A stretch of 64,000 nucleotides of DNA from an uncultured Collinsella sp. (GCA_900767675.1 CAAFZX010000014.1:269-64268); one strand, 5' to 3'. Numbered from the stretch's first letter, positions 9,685 through 20,146 are shown. The notes: a model not told the origin generated them from the sequence alone. Numbers and translations are program-made.

Positions 9685-10908
9685 TTAGAAATCGATGTCG
9701 GTGTCGTAGTAGCAGGCCTTGAGGATCTTCTCGAAGTCGGCAGCCTTGGTCTCACGCGGGTTCTCGGGCGTGCAGGCGTCCTGCTCGGCGTTCGCGGCGA
9801 TCTCGGGGAGCTTGGCGAGGAACTCCTCCTCGGAGACCATCTGCGGGTTCTCGGCGTCGACCTTCACGCCACCATTCGCGTAATCCTTGATGGACTGCGG
9901 AATGTTGAGCTGGTCGTTGAGGTCGCGAATCTTCTGGACGAGCGCAGCGATGAGCTCCTCGTTGGTCTCGCCGGGAAGGTGCAGGATCTCCTTGGCCACG
10001 TAAGCGTAACGCTCGGCAGCACGCGGATCCTTGGAGTTCCACTGGATGACCTTGCCCAGGTACATGGCGTTAGCAGCACCGTGGATGATGTGGCCGTTCT
10101 CAAAGGCTGCACCGGTCTTGTGAGCCATGGAGTGAACGATGCCCAGCAGGCCCGAGGAGAAGGCGATGCCGGCGATGCACTGAGCCTCATGCATGTGCTG
10201 ACGGGCCTCATGGTCACCAGCATAGGACTTGGGCAGCCACTCGACGATCTCGCGGATGCCGTGCAGAGCGTTAGCGTCGGTGAACATGGAAGCACAAGTG
10301 GAAACGTAAGCCTCCATGCAGTGGGTCAGAGCGTCCATGCCGGTGTGAGCGCACAGCTTGGCGGGCATGGTGTAGGTGAGCTCGGGGTCAACGATGGCGA
10401 CATCAGGGGTGATGTTGAAGTCGGCCAGCGGGTACTTGATGCCCTTGGCGTAGTCGGTGATGACGGAGAAGGCAGTGACCTCGGTAGCGGTACCGGAGGT
10501 GGAGGAAATGGCGCAGAAGTGAGCCTTCTGACGCAGCTCGGGGAAGCTGAACGGCTGGATGATGTTATCGAAGGACTCCTCGGGATACTCATAGAAGACC
10601 CACATGGCCTTAGCGGCATCGATGGGCGAGCCGCCGCCGATGGCGATAATCCAGTCGGGCTCGAACTCGCGCATGGCCTCGGCGCCCTTCATGACCGTCT
10701 CGATGGACGGATCGGACTCGACGCCCTCGAACAGCTTGACCTCGAAGCCGCCCTCTTTGAGGTCGGCCTCAACGTCCTGCAGGAACCCGCCGCGACGCAT
10801 AGAGCTGCCGCCAGAAACGATGATGGCCTTCTTGCCCTTGAGGTTCTTCACCTCGTGGCGAGCGCCCTCACCAAAGTACAGATCGCGAGGATTGGTAAAA
10901 CGTCCCAT
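9685..10908 (-). CDS. Iron-containing alcohol dehydrogenase (NADPH-dependent butanol dehydrogenase-like)
   Basis: MGRFTNPRDLYFG, GGGSPIDAAK, STSGTATEVT, GIVHSMAH. Confidence 0.92.
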   Translation of the reverse strand: MGRFTNPRDLYFGEGARHEVKNLKGKKAIIVSGGSSMRRGGFLQDVEADLKEGGFEVKLFEGVESDPSIETVMKGAEAMREFEPDWIIAIGGGSPIDAAKAMWVFYEYPEESFDNIIQPFSFPELRQKAHFCAISSTSGTATEVTAFSVITDYAKGIKYPLADFNITPDVAIVDPELTYTMPAKLCAHTGMDALTHCMEAYVSTCASMFTDANALHGIREIVEWLPKSYAGDHEARQHMHEAQCIAGIAFSSGLLGIVHSMAHKTGAAFENGHIIHGAANAMYLGKVIQWNSKDPRAAERYAYVAKEILHLPGETNEELIAALVQKIRDLNDQLNIPQSIKDYANGGVKVDAENPQMVSEEEFLAKLPEIAANAEQDACTPENPRETKAADFEKILKACYYDTDIDF

Positions 10909-11407
10909 ACTGTGCCTCCTAAACAAGCCCCTCTTAGACTTGCGTATATAACGGAGCACCCAATTGGCTCCGTTAGGACCGTTTGCGCGTTGCCGGCGAC
11001 GACAATGCGCGATGTCTAAACGTCTCAACGCTCAGACAAACACTATTTTACCGTTCTGGTTGGTCAGTTATTCACCTAAAGCCAACAATGATGAAACGTT
11101 TTTTCTATCCCTGAAGACCCTTGTGGGGCATTCATACTCCCAAGCTGGGCAAACGTTTTATCAAGGTTGACTACATATCCCAGGCAGGACTGTGCCCCTC
11201 CAAAATGCACCCCGTTCGCCGCCAAAAATCGACCGTTTGCGGCACCGTGATACCACTCGGTCGTCCAGGGCGCCGACATTTGTGCGACATCCGTCTTCGT
11301 GGTGCAAAGGTGCAAGTCCAAGTGCGGCACCCCCGATGTGTCACATGCGGGTAAACTAGAACCTTATATAGAGATATTTGAACCCTAACCGCAGCAAAGG
11401 AGGCTCC

Positions 11408-12484
11408 ATGGCATTCGACCCCATACAAGAGGATTGCCATCGCCTCGTTCTTGAGGCCTTGCGCCGCGACAATATTCCACTCACCGACGGTGCCGCCGTA
11501 GAGCGTCTGATGGAACAATTCACCCGTAACCCCGCGCCGCTCATCGTGCACGACCGCGACCGAGCTGGGCATCTGATTGCCAAGGTCGTCGAGGCTGTCG
11601 ACTACCGCATCCCCTTTATCCCCGACGACGCCCAAGCAGAGCAAGAAGAGACCGCAGCCGAGAACATGCTCCGCGAGGCAGCCGCGCTCGATCCGGCTAA
11701 CTGGGATGCCCAGCGCATGCTGTGCGCCCTCACCGCCGAATCCAACGAGGAATACGTACAGTATCTGGTGTCCAAGTGCGACGAGGTGGAGCACGATCTG
11801 GCGCTCAAGATTGCCTCGGCGCAGGACCCCTACGAGCGTGAGGCCGCAGGCGACCTGACCCGCCGTCCCTACCTGCGCTGGCTTGCCGCCCTGGCATCGC
11901 GCGCGCTCATTAGCGGCCGCTACCGCATGTCGCTGGATGCCGCGAATCGCAGCCTGGACTTTGCGCCCAACGACCCCGCCGGCGTCCGCCATACCGCGAT
12001 GCTTGCCATGGCAAAGCTCGAATACCCTGCCGAGGAGCTCAAGCGTTTTCGTTCCGCCCACTCCGTGCCCTATCTTGCAAACACGCCGCTGCGCCGCCGT
12101 CCCAAGGACGCAGAGCGCGACCTGGACCCGTGGACGCTCATCGCACTGATGAGCGCAGCCTGGCGCGAGCTGGACTACGAAGGCGCCGAGCACTACTTGC
12201 GCATCCTTGCACGCTCGTGCCCGCACGCAGCCGAGGCGCTCTACTTCCAAACCGAGTTTCTCGATGGCGTCTATGCCCGCGTCAACGTAGGTCCGGGCTC
12301 CACCGATGAGCTTGTCCTTGCTCTGTCCGAGGCGACGCCGGTGCTACAGGAGGGCCTAGGCGCGCCCGACAACGCCAGCTTTGCCGCCTGGGTCGCCACC
12401 AACGACATCGTGCGCTCCCAAATCGACGAACGAATCCTGCGCGCGGCCGAACAGGGATTGCCGTTTAAGGGAGGAGACCTCTAA
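11408..12484 (+). CDS. Hypothetical alpha-helical (TPR-like) protein
   Basis: AAGGAGG RBS, typical codon usage, helical composition; stop overlaps the next ATG. Confidence 0.8.
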   Translation: MAFDPIQEDCHRLVLEALRRDNIPLTDGAAVERLMEQFTRNPAPLIVHDRDRAGHLIAKVVEAVDYRIPFIPDDAQAEQEETAAENMLREAAALDPANWDAQRMLCALTAESNEEYVQYLVSKCDEVEHDLALKIASAQDPYEREAAGDLTRRPYLRWLAALASRALISGRYRMSLDAANRSLDFAPNDPAGVRHTAMLAMAKLEYPAEELKRFRSAHSVPYLANTPLRRRPKDAERDLDPWTLIALMSAAWRELDYEGAEHYLRILARSCPHAAEALYFQTEFLDGVYARVNVGPGSTDELVLALSEATPVLQEGLGAPDNASFAAWVATNDIVRSQIDERILRAAEQGLPFKGGDL

Positions 12485-13527
12485 TGGATCCGAGCGTCTA
12501 CATCCCCGCCTACCTGGAGCGCGCCTACGTTGCGTCGCACCCCGAACTCACCGATGCAGCACGCGAGCTTGTCCATAACGACATCAGCGCAAACCCTCAC
12601 AAGTATGCGCAGACCGAGCATGCCCAAGCGCTGCTGTCCTATGCCGGCGTTCATCGTCACCTGCTCGACGAGCTCCATCGCATCGAGGACATGGGCAGCG
12701 ATGAGGAGTTTGAGCAGACGCGCAACCGTCTGTTCGACGATATGCGCGATGAGCTGCTCAAGATCGTCCGCGTCGATGCACTTGCCGTCGATGCGCAGCT
12801 GCTCGCCATCATCCTGGCGGACACGCCCGTTGATGCCTGCCTGGGCGACTTGATGAAGCTCGAGACGAGTACGGCCGACTACCTGCAACAAAGCGTGCCC
12901 GGGTTCGACATGGAGGCCCCGCACTACTGGGCCAATAATGTTTTGGCCGACGGTGTCACCGCAGCAGACCTTACCGTGAGCGAGCCGGCGCTTATTGGCT
13001 GGCTTCACACGCTCGAGGCCATCTCGCAGCTGTGCATGGCGAGCGCTCGTTACCGTGCTGCTGCCAACTACGCCCGCCGCGTCCTTAAGGCAGAAGGTTA
13101 TCCCACCCGAGCTGCCGGCACCGTGTTGCTCGCCCTCGCCCGCTTGGAAGACCAGGACGGCTTTTTTGCCCTGGCTCACCAGCTCGAGGAGCAGGTGGGG
13201 GCCGATACCCTCGAGAACTCCCCCTGGTACCTGCTCGCCCGCACGATTCTGCTGTTCAAAACAAACAAGATGCGTCCGGCGACGCGCGCGCTGCGTGAGT
13301 TCGCTAACCGTTGCGAGGGCGGCGCGTTCTTCTTGCTGAACCCCATGTACCAGACGCCGTACCTTCCCTGCCGACCCGAGCCACGCGACCCCTGGGATCT
13401 TTCGCACCAGGCCGTTTGGGAAGCCGACGGCATTATCTCGGACACCCCCGACTTTGCCCCCTGGGCCAACGCCTGCGAAGATGTATCGCAGCTTGCCCAG
13501 GAATTTGCGCGCCGCTACGGCTTTTAG
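12484..13527 (+). CDS. Hypothetical alpha-helical protein, probable distant paralog of the upstream gene
   Basis: 347-aa ORF, translationally coupled; shared motif spacing (DAQ, WL, RYR, PW, FAxW). Confidence 0.8.
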   Translation: MDPSVYIPAYLERAYVASHPELTDAARELVHNDISANPHKYAQTEHAQALLSYAGVHRHLLDELHRIEDMGSDEEFEQTRNRLFDDMRDELLKIVRVDALAVDAQLLAIILADTPVDACLGDLMKLETSTADYLQQSVPGFDMEAPHYWANNVLADGVTAADLTVSEPALIGWLHTLEAISQLCMASARYRAAANYARRVLKAEGYPTRAAGTVLLALARLEDQDGFFALAHQLEEQVGADTLENSPWYLLARTILLFKTNKMRPATRALREFANRCEGGAFFLLNPMYQTPYLPCRPEPRDPWDLSHQAVWEADGIISDTPDFAPWANACEDVSQLAQEFARRYGF

Positions 13528-13572
13528 CGACGCGATCGCCCCGACCATGTCATCTATGTTAGGAACGGCTTC

Positions 13573-15750
13573 ATGAACCTTCGCTCATCTCTTGCCTGCA
13601 CCTCGAGCGATATCGCCCGCTGGGGGCTGCGCTCCGTCCTCAAACGCCAGGGCGGCGTACTCCCCGGCCGCATCGCTATGAAGATTGACCCCGAGCTGCT
13701 AAGCGACCTCGCGAGCTTGGTCGACCGCAGCGTGGTGATCACCGGCACTAATGGCAAGACCACCACCTCCAACCTCATCGCCGACGCCGTTGCTGCCAGT
13801 GGTGCTACCGTAGTGTGCAACCGTGCCGGCAACAATATGGAGCCTGGTGTGGTGGGGGCTCTGCTCGAGGCCCGCGGCGGCCTTAAGCGAACCGCCAGCA
13901 GCAAGCGCGTAGGCGTCTTTGAGTGCGACGAGCTCTACACGGTGCGCGTCCTGCCCAAGCTCAAGCCGACCTACTTTGTGCTGCTCAACCTGTTCCGTGA
14001 CCAGCTGGATCGCTACGGCGAGATCGACCATACCCAAGACGTCATCGCCCATGCGTTGGAGCTCTCTCCGGCAACAACGCTCATCTACAACGCAGACGAC
14101 CCGCTGTGTGCCGCGATCGCCGCGCGCATTCCCAATGCAAGCATCGCCTTTGGCATCGACGGTGCCACGGGCACCGAGTCCGACCGCATTAGCGACTCGC
14201 GTTTTTGCTCGCAGTGCAACGCACCGCTGGAGTACGACTACGTGCAGTACGGACAGCTTGGCGCATACCATTGCCCTTCGTGCGGCTGGGCCCGCCCCGG
14301 GCTTGTCCGTCGCGTGACGGGCGTGGAGCTCGGCTGCGACGGTTACGGCTTTGACCTGGTCTTTGGATCTGCGCCCGACGCGGCTGCCGTACACATCGCC
14401 ACACGCTACAACGGCCTGTACATGGTCTACAACGTAGCCGCAGCCTTCTTCGCCGCCCACGAGCTGGGCGTGGACGCGGCACATCTGCAGCCCACGCTCG
14501 ACGCCTACGTGCCAGCAGGTGGTCGCATGGGCCGTTGGAATATCGCCGGCCGTACCGTCGAGGCAAACCTGGCCAAAAATCCCGTTGGTTTCGATCGCCA
14601 GATTCAGTCCATTAAAACAGCAGGCGGCAGGCTCTGCGCCTTCTTCCTCAACGACAACGATGCCGACGGCCACGATGTATCGTGGATCTACGACGTCGAC
14701 TTTGAGCGCATCGCCGACACAACGGGACTTGTCGCCTTTGCCGGCGGCACGCGCGCGCACGACATGCAGGTACGCCTCAAGTACGCCGGCATCGATGCCA
14801 CGATCATCTCGAATATCGAGCAGGCGATCGGTGCCGTTGCGGATGAAGCCGCCGGCGACACTTTCTATGCCGTCGCCAACTACACGGCCTTTCCGCCGCT
14901 AGTCAAGGAGCTCGATGGGCTCAAAGACACCGATGCGGCTACGGTTGCCGCCCACGCTGCAACGTCTGCCGATGGCAGTGCCGTCCCCGCCGGCGTCGCT
15001 CCGACCGAGCTTTCGCGCCCCCTGCGCATCGTCTATCTGTATCCCGACGCCCTCAACCTCTACGGCGACGGCGGCAATGTCATCGCCCTCGAGCGCCGCT
15101 GCGCCTGGCGCGGCATCCCCGTTTGCGTGGACGAAGTCCGCATGGGCGAGACGCTCGATCTGCATGATGCCGATATCGTCATGATGGGCGGCGGCTCCGA
15201 TCGCGACCAGCTGGCCGTGGCGCACGAGCTGCTCGCTCAGAAAGACAAGGTTGCGGCCTATGTTGAGGACGGCGGCTCGTTGCTTGCTATCTGCGGCAGC
15301 TATCAGTTGCTCGGCCGTTCATACTACATGGGTGAAGATCGCATCGAGGGCTTGGGCGTCATTGCCGCCGAAACTGTACGCGGCTCCGACCGCCTGATCG
15401 GCAACGTCGCCGTCAAGACCGACCTGGCGCCTGAGCCCTTTGTGGGATTCGAGAACCACGGCGGCCGCACCCTGCTCGATACAGAGGCCACGCCGCTCGG
15501 AACGTCCGTCGTCACGGGCACCGGCAACAACGGCGACGATGGCTTTGAGGGTCTCATCTACAAGGGCGTCATCGGCACGTACCTGCACGGACCGGCGCTA
15601 CCCAAGAACCCCGAACTCACCGACTGGCTCATCGCGCACGCCCTCGAGCGCCGCGGCGATGCGCAGGCCACAGCCCTGCTGCCGCTCAAGCCCCTCGACG
15701 ACACCTACGAGCACGCCGCCCACGACGCCGCCATGAAGCTCCTCCCCTAG
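13573..15750 (+). CDS. murT-gatD: Fused MurT-GatD lipid II isoglutaminyl synthase
   Basis: Mur ligase GTNGKTTT, NLFRDQLDRYGE, CxxC..CxxC, DVSWIYDVDFE; then GatD LNLYGDGGN, ICGSYQLLG, GFENHGG, YLHGP in the same frame. Confidence 0.9.
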   Translation: MNLRSSLACTSSDIARWGLRSVLKRQGGVLPGRIAMKIDPELLSDLASLVDRSVVITGTNGKTTTSNLIADAVAASGATVVCNRAGNNMEPGVVGALLEARGGLKRTASSKRVGVFECDELYTVRVLPKLKPTYFVLLNLFRDQLDRYGEIDHTQDVIAHALELSPATTLIYNADDPLCAAIAARIPNASIAFGIDGATGTESDRISDSRFCSQCNAPLEYDYVQYGQLGAYHCPSCGWARPGLVRRVTGVELGCDGYGFDLVFGSAPDAAAVHIATRYNGLYMVYNVAAAFFAAHELGVDAAHLQPTLDAYVPAGGRMGRWNIAGRTVEANLAKNPVGFDRQIQSIKTAGGRLCAFFLNDNDADGHDVSWIYDVDFERIADTTGLVAFAGGTRAHDMQVRLKYAGIDATIISNIEQAIGAVADEAAGDTFYAVANYTAFPPLVKELDGLKDTDAATVAAHAATSADGSAVPAGVAPTELSRPLRIVYLYPDALNLYGDGGNVIALERRCAWRGIPVCVDEVRMGETLDLHDADIVMMGGGSDRDQLAVAHELLAQKDKVAAYVEDGGSLLAICGSYQLLGRSYYMGEDRIEGLGVIAAETVRGSDRLIGNVAVKTDLAPEPFVGFENHGGRTLLDTEATPLGTSVVTGTGNNGDDGFEGLIYKGVIGTYLHGPALPKNPELTDWLIAHALERRGDAQATALLPLKPLDDTYEHAAHDAAMKLLP

Positions 15751-15756
15751 CACCCC

Positions 15757-15791
15757 ACCACCACAAAGGGGACAGGCACCTTTGTGGTGGT
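15757..15791. repeat. REP-like hairpin, ACCACCACAAAGG family
   Basis: ACCACCACAAAGG-GGACAGGCA-CCTTTGTGGTGGT; related copies at about 48443, 57499, 58452 and 60041. Confidence 0.8.
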
Positions 15792-15812
15792 TTTGGCCTG
15801 CCCCAACGGTTT

Positions 15813-15949
15813 ATCTCAATCTGTAACATCTAGACCATTAAAAGTCGTCTTACTGTTACAGAATGAGATGTTCGTCCCGGTGCCTGCCTTTTGTCTCGAT
15901 CTGTAACAGATAGAGCCGGTTTATCCGCCCAGATGTTACAGATTGAGAT
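15813..15949. repeat. Two tandem spaced inverted repeats (16-bp arms, 25-bp spacer)
   Basis: Arms 15813-15828/15854-15869 and 15893-15908/15934-15949; consensus ATCTCAATCTGTAACA; period 80 bp. Confidence 0.8.
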
Positions 15950-16049
15950 CTTTGAAGGCCGGGGCAGAAGGTCAGCTCCTTTGTGATGGTTTTCCAGTTT
16001 GCCATCGATATACGCGCCGGCAAAAAAGTCTGCTATACTCTTCCCCGCT

Positions 16050-16126
16050 GTCCCCATCGTCTAGCGGCCAAGGACGCCACCCTTTCAAGGTGGATATCGC
16101 GGGTTCGAATCCCGCTGGGGGCACCA
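16050..16126 (+). tRNA. tRNA-Glu(TTC)
   Basis: Acceptor GTCCCCA/TGGGGGC, anticodon arm CCACC-CTTTCAA-GGTGG, T-loop TTCGAAT, encoded CCA; extended -10 TGCTATACT at 16031. Confidence 0.96.
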
Positions 16127-16397
16127 CAGAATCTGAGAAGCCCGTTACCAATTCGGTAGCGGGCTTTTTGCTACCGATATGCCGGGATTCGAAGCCGACA
16201 GGGTGCGGAGCTGAGGAAACGCGAAGCGTTTTCCAGCGCAGCACGCAAGGAGCGGAGCGACGCAGCGAAGGCGGGCGGCGCCAGCCGCACGCGGACATCC
16301 CGCTGGGGGCACCATTTAAACTGAGAAGCCCGTTACCCTCGCGGTGACGGGCTTTTTGCTACCTATGTGCCAGGATTCGAACCCGGCAGGGTGCGGA
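16109..16397 (+). repeat. tRNA-linked tandem repeat (period 188 bp) duplicating the tRNA 3' end and terminator
   Basis: ATCCCGCTGGGGGCACCA at 16109-16126 and 16297-16314; similarity continues over 16109-16209 versus 16297-16397. Confidence 0.88.
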
Positions 16398-16419
16398 TCC
16401 CGGCATCATCGCAAGGCCT

Positions 16420-16638
16420 GTGGGCAAAAAATAGCAAATATGAGTACTGTTATCAATTTAGTAACAGCGATTTCGTGCCATCAGAAGGCGATTTAGACGC
16501 CAGGAATCCTACGGCGGAAGAATTGCAGGCTTTTATCAGCTAAGTACTTGGACATATGTTGCGTAACACAGCATATTTTACAAAAAAATAATGCTACAGC
16601 ACTTGTGACAGTACTCATATTTGACGTTTTTTGCCCAC
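16420..16638. mobile_element. MITE-like AT-rich element with 31-bp terminal inverted repeats
   Basis: GTGGGCAAAAAA(TAG/CGT)CAAATATGAGTACTGT, 28/31 match; no convincing ORF, no target duplication seen. Confidence 0.55.
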
Positions 16639-16699
16639 GACCCCTTATTGCGTGGGTGAATCAGTTGCAAAACGGGCTTCAAAGCGTCCTTCTCAAACA

Positions 16700-16732
16700 A
16701 AAAGCCGGGGCCCGCGCGATGCGGACCCCGGC
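16700..16732 (-). terminator. Terminator of glnA
   Basis: AGCCGGGGCCCGC/GCGGACCCCGGCT stem with adjacent A-tract on the plus strand. Confidence 0.65.
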
Positions 16733-16762
16733 TCAATACCGTGACGATATGTCAGTTACGTT

Positions 16763-18850
16763 CTACACGTAGAACAGGATGTCGTCGTAGGTCGGGACCG
16801 GCCAGTAGTCGGCGGCAACGATCTCCTCCATGGCGTCCACGGCGGCGCGCAACGTATCCATAGCGGGAACGACCTCGTGCGCGTACACGTTGGCCTGCTC
16901 CTGGCCATCGAGAGCCTCGGCCTTCTGATGCACGGCGTCGAGCGCCTTGATAGAGTCGTTGATGGCGGTGATACCGTTGCAGAGCTTGTTGAGCGTGTTC
17001 TGCTCGCACTGCATGGCAGCGTCGGCACCGGCGGCGCGGATTGTCTCCAGGCCCTTAGCGACCTTGGTAGCATAGGCGGTAATGACCGGGCGATAGGTAC
17101 GACGCGCCTCGCGAACCATCGTGGTAGCCTCGATGTTCATGAGCTTGTTGTACTTCTCGAGCTTGCAGTCATAGCGGCACTGAGCCTCGGCCTTGGTCAG
17201 GACGCCCGTCTCCTCAAAGAGCGCAATGGCCTTATCGGAAACAAAGGCGGGAAGAGCGTCGGCCGTGGTCTTGTTGTTGGCAAGGCCGCGCTTCTCGGCC
17301 TCGATGGGCCACTCGTCGGAGTAACCGTCGCCGGAGAACAGGATACGCTGGTGATCGGTCAGCACCTTCTTGCAGTACTCGAGCGCGGCGTCCTGGAACT
17401 TATCCTCGGGCGTACCCTCGAGTGCGTCGGCGAAGGACTTGAGCGACTTGGCCACGGCGGCATCGAGCACCAGGTTGGAGTCGGAGACGTTCTGCTCGGA
17501 GCCGCAGGCACGGAACTCGAACTTGTTGCCAGTGAAGGCGAACGGGGAAGTGCGGTTGCGGTCGGTGTTGTCTTGCATCAGCTTGGGCAGGGTATCGGCG
17601 CCCAGGTCGAGCACGCCGCGCGTGGCATGGACGGAAGCTTTGCCATCGATGATCTTCTCGACGACCTCGGTAAGCTGGTCGCCCAGGAAGATAGACATAA
17701 TCGCCGGAGGAGCCTCGTTGGCGCCCAGACGATGATCGTTGCCGGCCGAGGCAACGGAGGCACGCAAGAGCTCCTGATAGTTATCGACGGCCTCGATCAC
17801 CGCGGTGAGGAAGACGATGAACTGCAGGTTGTCGAGCGGGGTGTCGCCCGGGTCGAGCAGGTTCTCGGACTCGGTGCCAAGCGACCAGTTGTTGTGCTTG
17901 CCCGAACCGTTGATGCCCTCGAAGGGCTTCTCGTGCAGCAGGCAGACCAAGTCGTGACGGGAGGCGATGAGCTTCATCTTCTCCATCATGACCAGATTCT
18001 GGTCGATGGCCTCGTTGACCTCGCCATAGACAGGGGCGAGCTCATGCTGGCAAGGAGCGACCTCGTTGTGCTTGGTCTTGGCGGGAATACCAAGTGCCCA
18101 CAGCTCATCGTCCAGGTCCTTCATATAGGCCGAGACGGTAGGGCGGATAGCGCCAAAGTAGTGCTCCTCGAGTTCCTGGCCCTTGCAAGGAGCAGCACCA
18201 AAGAGGGTGCGGCCGGTGATGACCAGGTCCCTGCGCTTGCGGTAAGCGTCCTTCTTGATCAGGAAGTACTCCTGCTCGTCGCCCACGGAAGGAACAACCT
18301 TCTTGGGGGTCTTGCCAAACAGCGCCAAAACGCGCTTAGACTCACGCGAGAGCGCGGTCATGGAGCGCAGCAGGGGGGTCTTCTTGTCCAGGGCCTCGCC
18401 CGTGTAGGAGCAGAAAGCCGTGGGGATGCACAGGACATCGTCCTTGATAAAAGCGGGGCTGGTGGGATCCCAAGCGGTGTAGCCACGGGCCTCGAAGGTG
18501 GCACGCAGACCGCCGTTGGGGAAGCTGGAGGCATCGGGCTCGCCCTGGATGAGGTTCTTGCCCGTAAACTTGGTAATGGCGGTGCCGTCGTGGTTGGGCT
18601 CGAGGAAGCTGTCGTGCTTCTCGGAAGTAATGCCCGAAAGCGGCTGGAACCAGTGCGCGTAGTGCGTGGCGCCCTTGGAGATGGCCCAGACCTTCATGGC
18701 GTGGGCAACGGCGTTGGCCACATCCAGGTCGAGCGGCTCACCGTCCTCGAGGGTTGCAGCAAGGCGCTTCCAAATGTCCTTGGGGAGGTAGTCCTTCATG
18801 ACTTCCTCAGAGAACACCATGGTCCCGAAGCGGTCAGTAAGATCGGCCAT
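16763..18850 (-). CDS. glnA: Glutamine synthetase type III
   Basis: [58 protein letters not shown]. Confidence 0.95.
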   Translation of the reverse strand: MADLTDRFGTMVFSEEVMKDYLPKDIWKRLAATLEDGEPLDLDVANAVAHAMKVWAISKGATHYAHWFQPLSGITSEKHDSFLEPNHDGTAITKFTGKNLIQGEPDASSFPNGGLRATFEARGYTAWDPTSPAFIKDDVLCIPTAFCSYTGEALDKKTPLLRSMTALSRESKRVLALFGKTPKKVVPSVGDEQEYFLIKKDAYRKRRDLVITGRTLFGAAPCKGQELEEHYFGAIRPTVSAYMKDLDDELWALGIPAKTKHNEVAPCQHELAPVYGEVNEAIDQNLVMMEKMKLIASRHDLVCLLHEKPFEGINGSGKHNNWSLGTESENLLDPGDTPLDNLQFIVFLTAVIEAVDNYQELLRASVASAGNDHRLGANEAPPAIMSIFLGDQLTEVVEKIIDGKASVHATRGVLDLGADTLPKLMQDNTDRNRTSPFAFTGNKFEFRACGSEQNVSDSNLVLDAAVAKSLKSFADALEGTPEDKFQDAALEYCKKVLTDHQRILFSGDGYSDEWPIEAEKRGLANNKTTADALPAFVSDKAIALFEETGVLTKAEAQCRYDCKLEKYNKLMNIEATTMVREARRTYRPVITAYATKVAKGLETIRAAGADAAMQCEQNTLNKLCNGITAINDSIKALDAVHQKAEALDGQEQANVYAHEVVPAMDTLRAAVDAMEEIVAADYWPVPTYDDILFYV

Positions 18851-19273
18851 ACGGAACTCCCTTCGTATCGGCACCGCGTGAGATGCGGCGTTGATTACTA
18901 ACGAACGAGTCATAGCTTAGACTCGCCGTGTTTCCGCGACATTACCGTTATGTTGCTGTCGCGAAACCAATCAATGAGGTTACCGCATCACAGCGGCGCT
19001 GCTGCCCTTAATGGCCAATCAACTGTATAAATTGCAGACCTCTTCCCATGATTTAAGGGTAGTCAATTTGGGATGGGGCTCTATTAACTGGTATTTCGCA
19101 TCAGATACCATTCAATATAGCCCTTTCCTACATTGACCACTCTGCTATAGGCAATGCCGATAGCAAGGCATCTTTGATTGGTATCCCTAAATCGCGAGTA
19201 AAACTCCACCGTGGCACAGCGGTGCTGTAGAATCCTTACAACACATCGCACTAAATATCTAAAGGAGCACGAT

Positions 19274-20146
19274 ATGCGCGTCGACGAGGTTTTTAAGCAG
19301 GCAGCATCCCAGGGCGCCACGCCCGTTTCGTTTGAGATGTTCCCGCCCAAGGGTGAGCTTACCCTCGATACGGCTCGCGAGGTGGCAGGCAACCTGTGCA
19401 AGCTTTCACCGAGCTTTGTCTCGGTCACTTGTTCCGCTGGCGGCTCGGGTAACGGTGCCACCACCGCCCCCATCGCACATATGATTACGAGCGAATTCGA
19501 TACGCCCTCGGTAGCGCACCTCACCTGCGTTGGCCGCACACATGCCGATATCGCCGCCAAGATTGACGAGTATCGCTCGGCCGGCGTTGAAAACATCCTG
19601 GCCCTGCGCGGCGACCTGCCCGCTGGCGCGACCGAGGACGACAAGCCCGCCTCCGACTACGCCTACGCCCGTGACCTCATCCCCGAGCTCGTCGACGCCG
19701 GCTTTTGCGTGGGCGCCGCAGCCTACCCCGAGGGCCACATTGCCTGCGAGGATCTCAACCTCTCGGTCGAGCACCTCAAGCAAAAGCAAGACGCCGGCGC
19801 GAGCTTCTTTGTGACGCAGCTCTTCTTTGATAACGAGTGCTTCTATCGCTTCCGCGAGCTTGCCGACAAGGCCGGCATCACCGTGCCTATTACCGCGGGC
19901 ATCATGCCGTTTATGGGCAAGTCGCAGATCAGCCGCATGGTCTTTATGTGCGGCGCGTCGCTGCCCTCCCCCGTCATCAAGATCCTCGCCAAATACGAGA
20001 ACGACCCCGAGAGCCTGCAGGCAGCCGGTGTAGATTATGCCGCCCGCCAGCTTTGCGACCTCAAGGAGCACGGCGCCGACGGTCTGCACCTGTACACTAT
20101 GAACCGTCCTGCAATCGCCGCGACCATTATGGAGCGTCTGGGGTAA
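19274..20146 (+). CDS. metF: 5,10-methylenetetrahydrofolate reductase
   Basis: SFEMFPPK, AHLTC, LALRGD, AAYPEGH, VTQLFFD, HLYTMN. Confidence 0.93.
   Translation: MRVDEVFKQAASQGATPVSFEMFPPKGELTLDTAREVAGNLCKLSPSFVSVTCSAGGSGNGATTAPIAHMITSEFDTPSVAHLTCVGRTHADIAAKIDEYRSAGVENILALRGDLPAGATEDDKPASDYAYARDLIPELVDAGFCVGAAAYPEGHIACEDLNLSVEHLKQKQDAGASFFVTQLFFDNECFYRFRELADKAGITVPITAGIMPFMGKSQISRMVFMCGASLPSPVIKILAKYENDPESLQAAGVDYAARQLCDLKEHGADGLHLYTMNRPAIAATIMERLG

Noticed and set aside
11170..11345. Weak repeats in the divergent intergenic region
   Set aside because: Only short imperfect matches that could not be assigned to a family
16109..16314. Duplicated tRNA 3' end as attL/attR of a prophage or island
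   Set aside because: Only 188 bp apart, no integrase, and the duplication extends through the terminator; the same body follows tmRNA
18900..19270. Possible SAM riboswitch or T-box upstream of metF
   Set aside because: No SAM-I, SAM-IV or T-box consensus recognised; only an AT-rich promoter-like region
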